In this document: in pieces, positions 29,407 through 36,402 of the stretch
Numbering within the stretch: position 1 is the first letter of the stretch
How the letters are laid out: each line of letters begins with the position of its first letter
Assembly: GCA_016195725.1 (NCBI GenBank)
Contig: JACPZB010000066.1
Coordinates: 1 to 60,271 of the forward strand
Origin: Deltaproteobacteria bacterium
Lineage (GTDB): Bacteria > Desulfobacterota > GWC2-55-46 > UBA9637
Reading direction: 5' to 3'
DNA: 60,271 nt
Notes under the pieces: generated by a model
The model's database searches: none
The model's input: only the letters and a program-made list of their open reading frames with translations
Told to the model about the DNA's origin: nothing
Position numbers and translations under genes: made by a program

Positions 29407-31040
29407 ATATTATCTTATTGCGTGGACTATCAGCGTTAGGGGCATTTCTTTTACTGATATCAGCCGCTATGGCTCGGTCCGGCAATTTCAGTGAGGGAGA
29501 AGGGAGCAGGGAGTGCAGGAACTGCCATCAGGAAAATAAGAGACCGGACAGATATGATGCCGTCAGACCCTGGCTCAAGAGCCGGCATGCCGAGGCAGGT
29601 GTTGCGTGTGTCGACTGTCATCTTAAAAAAGAGATAGAGAAAGAGGATTTTTATAAGGCCGTTACCGCAACGACGAAGGAGAGCGCCCACGCCTTTATGG
29701 TGGAGAGGCCGGCCGCGAAAGAGACAAAGATGTATTTTGTCGGCGTATGCGGCGGGTGCCACAAAGAAAGGCTTGACGAGTTCAATGCGAGTGTGCACGG
29801 CATGGCAAATCAGAAAGGGAAAAGCGTAAGCTGTATTGACTGTCACGATCCGCATAGTGTCTCTGCGGCATCCAGCAGGGATTCACGGCTGTACAAGGGG
29901 AATGACCTGAAAACCTGCGGGAGATGCCACAAGGATATGCTGGACTCATACATGAGCACATTTCACGGCAAACAGTTTGTCCTCGGCAATACCCTTGTGC
30001 CGACATGCGTATACTGTCACATGGGGCATGAATTGCCGCCGGATGCGCCGGGATCGGCCATCAATGCTAAGAATGTAGGCAATATCTGCGCGGGCTGCCA
30101 CGGCGAGGCAGTCGCGCTGGGACCGGATGCGGACGAGATGATGATACACTCTCTCAGCAGGGATTCTACAAGAAAGGTCATCCACTTCAGGGACCCTGTC
30201 TCGTTCGGGCCGTTCTCCATCGCCTCTGTAATAAACTCATCGTATATCGCGATGATCATAGGGGTCGTAGGTTTCTTTACCCTTATGTCAACCCGTGACT
30301 TTGTAAAAAAGACAAGGATGGCGCATACCCACAAACATGATAACGGCAGCGAAGAAAAGACGATAAAGCGTTTTTCTCTCGCATGGAGGTTTCAGCACTT
30401 TTTCTGGGCAATCTCATTTATCGTTCTTGCTGCAACAGGCCTGTCCCTCAAGTTTCCGGATTCGATATTCTCGAGGGCTATCGTGTGGGTTGCAGGAGGA
30501 CCCGCGATGAGGTCTGTTGTCCACCGCATCGCAGCGGTTGTTTTTATAGGAACGGCGCTGGCGCATCTGAGCCCGTATATTTTGTTCCGCAGGCTGCCTG
30601 GAAAGGTCATTCTTGCAAAAAAAGATTTCCTCGACGCACTGCTGCATCTCAGCTACTTGTTCGACAGAACCGAAAATATGCCGCTCATGGGGAGATATAC
30701 GTGGTATCAGAAGCTGGAATATTGGGCCACGGTTGTGGGCGCCTGCATAGTCATATCAACCGGTTTCCTTATGTGGGGCTTTGCCCCCCTGATCAAGAAG
30801 ATACCCATTTCGCTCTTATATTACGCGCAGATGATGCATGGGTGGGAGGCCATACTCGCGGTTCTCGTTATCTTTGTGCAGCATATATATCAGACTGTTT
30901 TAAACCCGCTTGTTTTCCCGATGGATTTCTCATGGCTTACCGGAAGGACGAAATACGCGGTGATGGAACATGAACATCCCCTTGAGTTGATGGAGATTGA
31001 GTCTAAGAAGGGAGGCGGAGATCGTGAAGGCGCATCTTAA
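29382..31040 (+). CDS. Fusion of a periplasmic heptahaem cytochrome c domain with a FdnI/HydC-type dihaem cytochrome b membrane domain (CbcL-like)
   Basis: 7 CXXCH motifs in residues 45-240, then about 5 TM helices. Conserved His sit in TM segments (RFQHFFW; HRIAAVVF; MHGWEAILAVLVIFVQH), as in formate dehydrogenase gamma or NiFe-hydrogenase cytochrome b. Confidence 0.75.
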   Translation: MSGRQERLNIILLRGLSALGAFLLLISAAMARSGNFSEGEGSRECRNCHQENKRPDRYDAVRPWLKSRHAEAGVACVDCHLKKEIEKEDFYKAVTATTKESAHAFMVERPAAKETKMYFVGVCGGCHKERLDEFNASVHGMANQKGKSVSCIDCHDPHSVSAASSRDSRLYKGNDLKTCGRCHKDMLDSYMSTFHGKQFVLGNTLVPTCVYCHMGHELPPDAPGSAINAKNVGNICAGCHGEAVALGPDADEMMIHSLSRDSTRKVIHFRDPVSFGPFSIASVINSSYIAMIIGVVGFFTLMSTRDFVKKTRMAHTHKHDNGSEEKTIKRFSLAWRFQHFFWAISFIVLAATGLSLKFPDSIFSRAIVWVAGGPAMRSVVHRIAAVVFIGTALAHLSPYILFRRLPGKVILAKKDFLDALLHLSYLFDRTENMPLMGRYTWYQKLEYWATVVGACIVISTGFLMWGFAPLIKKIPISLLYYAQMMHGWEAILAVLVIFVQHIYQTVLNPLVFPMDFSWLTGRTKYAVMEHEHPLELMEIESKKGGGDREGAS

Positions 31041-31572
31041 CCCAAAAAATGCGGTTGCATTTTTTGGCAAAACAGTGCTGATAATCGCGGCGATTCTATT
31101 GACATTGCCTGTTCATACATGGAGCGATTCCTGCGACGAGTGCCATCTTCACAGGTCGCTTGTCAGGGAATCTGACGGGGAATCTGTAACAGATGCGGAC
31201 GCGCCGGGAACGCTTGCCGGATTCCATATTATGGAATTCAAAGGCGAGGAACGGACATCGGCATGCCGCAGGTGTCATGGAAATTTGCAGGAGTCCAATA
31301 AACTTCCGCGTTCGGAGGCATGCCTCAAGTGCCATACGAGGGGCAAGGCAGCGCAGGGGGATCGGCGCATGGTATTCCATGCGGAAAAGAATCACTGGCC
31401 TCTGGAAAAGGTGTCGTGCGCTGACTGTCACAGGGCGCACATAAAGGGCAACCCTGCCGTAAAGTTTCTTACGACAAATGTGGTCAGCGTATGCAGCGGA
31501 TGCCATGAAAAAACTTTTAATTTGAAAGAAACTGCGTTGAAGGAGAGCGCTTTGCCTGATTCAGGCCAGTAG
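31024..31572 (+). CDS. Pentahaem cytochrome c
   Basis: 5 CXXCH motifs (CDECH, CRRCH, CLKCH, CADCH, CSGCH). The GTG at 31024 lies 8 nt after GGAGG, and the alternative GTG at 31075 lies after the hairpin element. Hydrophobic signal LIIAAILLTLPVHTWS. Confidence 0.7.
   Translation: MKAHLNPKNAVAFFGKTVLIIAAILLTLPVHTWSDSCDECHLHRSLVRESDGESVTDADAPGTLAGFHIMEFKGEERTSACRRCHGNLQESNKLPRSEACLKCHTRGKAAQGDRRMVFHAEKNHWPLEKVSCADCHRAHIKGNPAVKFLTTNVVSVCSGCHEKTFNLKETALKESALPDSGQ
31037..31072. repeat. 36-nt hairpin element, copy 2 (TTAACCCAAAAAATGC-GGTT-GCATTTTTTGGCAAAA)
   Basis: 34 of 36 nt are identical to copy 1, and both differences are in the loop. It starts at the stop codon of the preceding gene. Confidence 0.85.
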
Positions 31573-31595
31573 ATTAATAAAGGAGGCTAACTGTA

Positions 31596-32909
31596 ATGTC
31601 TTCAATTGAGCAGATAGGGGAAATCAGGGTTGCAATCGATACCGTATGGGTAATACTCTCGGCCGTTCTTGTTTTCGTAATGAACGCCGGTTTTGGAATG
31701 CTTGAGTCGGGCCTGTGCAGGTCAAAAAATACCGTGAATATATTTTCAAAGAACATAGTCATCTTTGCCATAGCAGGCCTTACTTTCTGGCTTGTCGGAT
31801 TCGGCCTCATGTTCAGCGATGGCTCGTTTTTCATCGGCTCGACAGGATGGATGCTCACGGGTGAGGATAACAGTCCCGCCGTGGCCGGGCAGTATTCCGG
31901 TATTTTCAGCTCGCTGGGCTGGACTGCCGTTCCCCTCTACGCAAAGTTTCTTTTCCAGATGGTATTTGTAGCCGCCTCGGCGCACATTGTGTCCGGCGCG
32001 GTGTCAGAGAGGATAAAGTATTTTTCATTTATTGCCTTTTCCGTTGTGCTGGTCGCCATCATCTATCCCATAACAGGTCACTGGATATGGGGCGGAGGAT
32101 GGCTGGATTCGATGGGTTTTGTTGATTTCGCCGGCTCCACGGTGGTCCATTCGGTAGGAGGATGGGCAGCGCTTACCGGCACGATCGTGCTTGGCCCGCG
32201 TATGAACAAGTTTACCAGGGACGGGAGAATAAACCCCATTCCCGGCCATAACCAGACAATGGCTGCGCTTGGTATGTTTCTGCTCTGGCTCGGATGGTTC
32301 GGTTTCAACGCCGGAAGTGCAATGGCCGCAAAACCGGAGACGATAGCGCTGGTTGCCGTCAATACCACACTGGCGGCCGCAGCCGGCGTTTTAAGCGCGA
32401 CAATCGTATCAGAGATACTCATAGGCAAACCGGACCTGAGCATGATGGTTAATGGCGCGCTTGCCGGCCTTGTCGCAATTACTGCCGGCTGTTCAGCGGT
32501 AAACATAGGCGGCGCTGTGATAACAGGCCTTGTGGCCGGCATACTTGTGGTCTACTTCATAATATTCCTTGACAGGCGCAGGATAGACGACCCTGTAGGG
32601 GCAATACCCGTGCATCTGATAAACGGCATCTGGGGCACTGCGGCCGTGGGGCTGCTTGACCGGGAGGCGGGGCTCTTCTATGGAGGCGGCATATCGCTTT
32701 TTATTACGCAGCTTATCGGGATTGCGGCTGTCGGCGTTTTTGTCGGCGGAGGCACGTATGTTCTCTGGCGCCTTATCGGTCTTGTTATGGGACTGCGGGT
32801 AAGCCAGGAAGAAGAGTATGTCGGACTCGACATAAGCGAGCACGGCATGGAGGCATATCCTGATGCATCCGGACCCAGGGGTTTATACGGAAAACCGGGA
32901 AAGTTCTAA
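31596..32909 (+). CDS. amt: Ammonium transporter (Amt family)
   Basis: 437-aa ORF with about 11 TM helices. It has AGFGMLESGLCRSKN, FAGSTVVHSVGGWAAL and WGTAAVGL signatures. AGGAGG precedes the ATG, 23 nt after the pentahaem gene. Confidence 0.9.
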   Translation: MSSIEQIGEIRVAIDTVWVILSAVLVFVMNAGFGMLESGLCRSKNTVNIFSKNIVIFAIAGLTFWLVGFGLMFSDGSFFIGSTGWMLTGEDNSPAVAGQYSGIFSSLGWTAVPLYAKFLFQMVFVAASAHIVSGAVSERIKYFSFIAFSVVLVAIIYPITGHWIWGGGWLDSMGFVDFAGSTVVHSVGGWAALTGTIVLGPRMNKFTRDGRINPIPGHNQTMAALGMFLLWLGWFGFNAGSAMAAKPETIALVAVNTTLAAAAGVLSATIVSEILIGKPDLSMMVNGALAGLVAITAGCSAVNIGGAVITGLVAGILVVYFIIFLDRRRIDDPVGAIPVHLINGIWGTAAVGLLDREAGLFYGGGISLFITQLIGIAAVGVFVGGGTYVLWRLIGLVMGLRVSQEEEYVGLDISEHGMEAYPDASGPRGLYGKPGKF

Positions 32910-32930
32910 CCGCGGCGGGAGGCGGAAAGC

Positions 32931-32957
32931 GGGGACAGATTTGAAATCTGTCCCCAA
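32931..32957 (+). repeat. 27-nt hairpin repeat, copy 1 (GGGGACAGATTTGAAATCTGTCCCCAA)
   Basis: 10-bp perfect stem with no T-tract, between amt and the next gene. The second copy at 35155-35181 has 3 mismatches. Confidence 0.7.
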
Positions 32958-32972
32958 CTATCGGAGGACGAA

Positions 32973-33650
32973 ATGGCCTGGCTAATATTCTTTGTTTTTT
33001 GGATTGTCTTTCTCTGGCTCTATAAATACAGCGAGCGGCACAAGCAGCACAGGATTCTGGAGATGCAGAAGGACAGGCATTCGGACTACGGCCAGATGAA
33101 AAAAGAGTTCGACGAGAGCATGGAGCTTTTCAATACCACTGCTGATTTCAAAGCCAGGCTTGCGCATATTGATAAGGCCATAGAATGTCTTAAGTGGATG
33201 GAAGAGATGATCCCCGGCAAAGAACATTCCTCTGAAAAGCTTCCGCAGATAATGTCGCTCAAGCAGGCGCTGATATATTCCGGCATAAAGGCGCAGTTCG
33301 AAAACGCAATGAATAACGCGAAAGAGGGAAAGCTCCTCGTGGCAAAGGTCAATCATGCAACCGCCGCTCAATCCATCCTCAACAAAGGGCTGAGCCTCGG
33401 CATTGACAGAAAGACCCTTGCGAGGGAGATTGAAGAGGCCAACAGTTTTATCAACAGGATTCAATACGATGAATACTTTTCAAAGGCAAAAAAAGAAGAG
33501 GAAAAAGGGAATATAAAGACAGCCATAGATCAGTATCAGGTGGCGCTTTACTTTTTAAAAATGACCAGCATGGGGGGCGAAGACCATGAATCGCTGGTAA
33601 AAGAGATGGAAGGGAGGATACAGAAACTTTATGAAAGAGGCATTGTTTAA
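32973..33650 (+). CDS. Hypothetical membrane-anchored helical protein
   Basis: 225-aa ORF with an N-terminal TM helix (WLIFFVFWIVFLWLY); the rest is predicted helical. GGAGG precedes the ATG. Confidence 0.55.
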   Translation: MAWLIFFVFWIVFLWLYKYSERHKQHRILEMQKDRHSDYGQMKKEFDESMELFNTTADFKARLAHIDKAIECLKWMEEMIPGKEHSSEKLPQIMSLKQALIYSGIKAQFENAMNNAKEGKLLVAKVNHATAAQSILNKGLSLGIDRKTLAREIEEANSFINRIQYDEYFSKAKKEEEKGNIKTAIDQYQVALYFLKMTSMGGEDHESLVKEMEGRIQKLYERGIV

Positions 33651-33670
33651 AGCGATCACAGGAGGTAATT

Positions 33671-35113
33671 ATGGAAACATCTGACATGCAGGAAAGGATG
33701 AAAGGTTTCGGGGAGGCCATAAAAAAAACGGAATTTCCGTGGAAGGCAGTCCTGTTTGTTTTGATTACAGGGTTTATTGTCGTAGGCGGCCTGTTCGGTC
33801 TCCTGGAAATCAATGAGGCCGGCTACATTACGGTCAAGCAGTCCCTGTTGACAGGCAAGGTTACAATCGTTTCAGAGCCAGGTATGTTCTGTCAGTGTTT
33901 CGGAACGATAACAAAATACAGGGAGGCGGGAACCTTCAAATTCGCTCAGACCGAAGAAGCAGCCGGAGGCAAGGAAAAGGCGAGGCCTAAAAAGGGCAGG
34001 GGGAGCGACCCGGAGGTATCCGATGAGATAGAGGTGCGATTCAACGATGGTTCCATTGGGTGGATATCCGGAATGGCGCTTTTCGATCTTCCCAAGGATG
34101 ATGAAAAACTCGGGCTTCTCCATATGAAATTCAGAGGCTTCAGGAATCTCATTGAGGCCGGAATAATGCCCACTATTAAAGAGTCGGTTGTGCTCACGGC
34201 CGCGCTCATGAGCTCCGGAGAGTCATATACGACAAAAAGGGCCATATTCTCGGAGTGGTCAAGGGATCAGATTGAGAAGGGCACATATATGACCGAGGAA
34301 TTGGTAAAAGAGGAAAAGGACCAGAGGACCGGAGATGTTACCAGAAAGAGCTTTGTCAAGATAAAGACCGATAACAGCAGGCTCCTGAGAAATGAAAACC
34401 CCCTTGAGAGGTACGGCATAAAGTTCAGACAGTTCCAGGTAACGGAGATCCGCTATGAGCCTGAGACGGAAAATCTTATAAAGACAAAAATGGAGGCGAT
34501 GCAGAAAACCATCGCAGCCAAGATTTCCGCAGAGAGGGCAATACAGGAAAGGCTTGCGGCAGAAGAGCTCGGCAAAAAGAACGTTACAGTCGCCGAATAT
34601 GAGGCCATGATAAAGAAGAAGAAATCTGAGGTCGAGGCAGAAGAGGCAAAGGCAGTGGCCGTCATTGAGGCGAATAAGAAACTTGAGGTGGGAAAACTGG
34701 AGAGGGAAAAGGAGACCAATGCCGCCTCAAAAAAAGTTGAGATTGAAAAACTTGAGAAGGCCAGGGCGGTTATAGAGGCGCAGAAGGCGCTTGACGTGGC
34801 GAGAATAAACGCACAGAGCGCTGAAAGCAAGAAAAGGGCGGACGTCCTCGAAGGGGAAGGGCTTGCTGAAAAGAAAAAGCTTATTTACAAAGCCGATGGA
34901 GCGTTACAGCAGAAACTTGATGCTTATGTCAATGTTATGACAGTTCTCGCAAAGGAGCTTGGCAAACAGAAGTGGGTGCCTGATATCACCATGAACGGCG
35001 GGCCGCATGGAACCGCGGACGGGAACGCGGCAATGGGCTTTATGAATCTGTGGATGATGAAGACCGCCAAAGAGCTTGGAGTTGAACTGGTGAATGAGAA
35101 AAAGAATCAGTAA
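33671..35113 (+). CDS. Membrane-anchored SPFH/flotillin-like protein with long coiled coil (tentative)
   Basis: 480-aa ORF with an N-terminal TM helix, then a band-7-like beta region (GYITVKQSLLTGKVTIVSEPGMF) and an A/E/K-rich coiled coil of about 150 aa. Confidence 0.45.
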   Translation: METSDMQERMKGFGEAIKKTEFPWKAVLFVLITGFIVVGGLFGLLEINEAGYITVKQSLLTGKVTIVSEPGMFCQCFGTITKYREAGTFKFAQTEEAAGGKEKARPKKGRGSDPEVSDEIEVRFNDGSIGWISGMALFDLPKDDEKLGLLHMKFRGFRNLIEAGIMPTIKESVVLTAALMSSGESYTTKRAIFSEWSRDQIEKGTYMTEELVKEEKDQRTGDVTRKSFVKIKTDNSRLLRNENPLERYGIKFRQFQVTEIRYEPETENLIKTKMEAMQKTIAAKISAERAIQERLAAEELGKKNVTVAEYEAMIKKKKSEVEAEEAKAVAVIEANKKLEVGKLEREKETNAASKKVEIEKLEKARAVIEAQKALDVARINAQSAESKKRADVLEGEGLAEKKKLIYKADGALQQKLDAYVNVMTVLAKELGKQKWVPDITMNGGPHGTADGNAAMGFMNLWMMKTAKELGVELVNEKKNQ

Positions 35114-35148
35114 CCGGGATAGAATGCTCGCGTTGAGTATCGTGGACA

Positions 35149-35198
35149 GAAATTGGGGACAGATTTCAAATCCATCCCCAATTTCTTTTTGATTTTTT
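35149..35198 (+). terminator. Intrinsic terminator after the SPFH-like gene
   Basis: GAAATTGGGGA-15 nt-TCCCCAATTTC followed by TTTTTGATTTTTT. It embeds copy 2 of the 27-nt repeat. Confidence 0.75.
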
Positions 35199-35211
35199 AC
35201 GGTTTTTACTT

Positions 35212-35330
35212 CTATCTAACCTTCACCCTCACGCCATCCTTTATCGAATCATCGGGGTGGGCTATGACAAACTTGCTTTCACTGAGCCCTGAAATAATCT
35301 CTCCAGTTTTTTCTTGTCTTTGGCCTGCCT
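35212..35330 (-). pseudogene. 3'-terminal remnant of an RND/ABC efflux periplasmic adaptor (HlyD/MFP family) gene
   Basis: The minus-strand frame reads ...GQRQEKTGEIISGLSESKFVIAHPDDSIKDGVRVKVR*, a typical MFP C-terminus. There is no start codon and no upstream body. Confidence 0.55.
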
Positions 35331-35386
35331 GTGTGCCTGTCTGTGCGTTGCACGCAGACAGGCTCAAATCCTGCGTTTGCCCCAAA

Positions 35387-35428
35387 AAATAAAAACTAAG
35401 TGCATTTTTTGGGTTAGATGAAAATATT
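35387..35428. repeat. Hairpin element, copy 3, inverted orientation with a longer loop (TTTGCCCCAAAAAAT-13 nt-ATTTTTTGGGTTAG)
   Basis: The flanks match the reverse complement of copies 1 and 2 (TTTTGCCAAAAAATGC...GCATTTTTTGGGTTAA). A 10-bp stem is retained. Confidence 0.65.
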
Positions 35429-35529
35429 TACCATGAAGGATAAAAAAGAGACAATAAAGCATGAAAAATATTTTTAGACCATGCTCTTATTTTCACCAAC
35501 AACTATACAGGGCAGTATGATGGCTGGGA

Positions 35530-36402
35530 CTATTTTTTCAGCCCCTCATTCATGCTTCCTGTTCTATACCCTTGAAGGTCAAGGGTAATGTAGATAAAAC
35601 CCTGCTGTTTAAATTTTTCGACAATCACATTCCGCACGCTTTCATCCATGAACCTATTTATCTCAGATGAAGGCACTTCAATCCTTGCTATTTCATTGTG
35701 ATACCTTACCCTGAACTGGGAAAAGCCAAGATTGCGGAGGATCTCCTCGCATTTTTCCACTTTATCCAACCTTTCCTCGGTTATCTTTGTCCCATAAGGA
35801 AATCTGGATGATAAACAGGCAAAGGAAGGCTTTTGCCATGTCTCAAGACCAATCTGGCGGCTTATCTGTCGTATCTCGAGTTTTGACAACCCCGCTTCTA
35901 CAAGCGGACTTCTTACGCCAAGGCCTTTTGCAGCTTCTCTTCCCGGTCTGTAATCATTTATATCATCAATATTGCTTCCGTCTGCCACAAATGCAAATCC
36001 GAGTTCTTTTGCCTTTTCAGTGCATATTTCAAAAAGCTCGCTCTTGCAGTAAAAACACCTCTTATCAGTATTGTCTGCAAAATTGGGTATGAGGAGTTCA
36101 TTTGATTCTATAATAATATGCCTTGCGCCAATCTCTCTTGCCAGCCTCTTAGCATCCTGAAATTCCCTGTCAGGATAGGTTGGAGAGGTGGCTGTAAGCG
36201 CCACAGCCTTATCGCCCAAAACATCAAAGGCAATCTTTAAGAGGAATGTGGAATCCACCCCGCCTGAAAAGGCTACAAGCACAGAGCCCATGTCTCGGAG
36301 AATAGTTTTAAGGTGTTCAAATTTTTCCTGAGTAATGGCCGTTACGTATTGTATTTGTTCCTCTGCCCCTTGCCACTTGCCCCCTGCCCCCTGTATCTTC
36401 AT
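35530..36402 (-). CDS. LarE-like ATP-dependent sulfur transferase / PP-loop ATP pyrophosphatase
   Basis: VAFSGGVDSTFLLKIA PP-loop, a CFYCK motif, and a C-terminal RVRYHNEIARIEV typical of the TIGR00268/LarE family. The start overlaps the upstream stop (ATGA). Confidence 0.75.
   Translation of the reverse strand: MKIQGAGGKWQGAEEQIQYVTAITQEKFEHLKTILRDMGSVLVAFSGGVDSTFLLKIAFDVLGDKAVALTATSPTYPDREFQDAKRLAREIGARHIIIESNELLIPNFADNTDKRCFYCKSELFEICTEKAKELGFAFVADGSNIDDINDYRPGREAAKGLGVRSPLVEAGLSKLEIRQISRQIGLETWQKPSFACLSSRFPYGTKITEERLDKVEKCEEILRNLGFSQFRVRYHNEIARIEVPSSEINRFMDESVRNVIVEKFKQQGFIYITLDLQGYRTGSMNEGLKK

Noticed and set aside
30383-30973. A 196-aa ORF in an alternative frame within the cytochrome b part of the 552-aa fusion gene.
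   Set aside because: It is an Arg/Cys-rich translation without TM helices or motifs. The annotated frame gives a coherent five-helix b-type cytochrome domain continuous with the haem-c domain.
31061-31080. A possible sigma-54 promoter (TGGCA-N-TGC) at the 3' flank of the hairpin element copies.
   Set aside because: The GG-to-GC spacing is one nt short of the TGGCAC-N5-TTGC consensus in copy 2. Copy 1 has no GC element at all.
35153-35392. A 79-aa plus-strand ORF downstream of the SPFH-like gene.
   Set aside because: It starts inside the terminator hairpin and is hydrophobic and low-complexity. The opposite strand carries a recognisable adaptor-protein C-terminal remnant.
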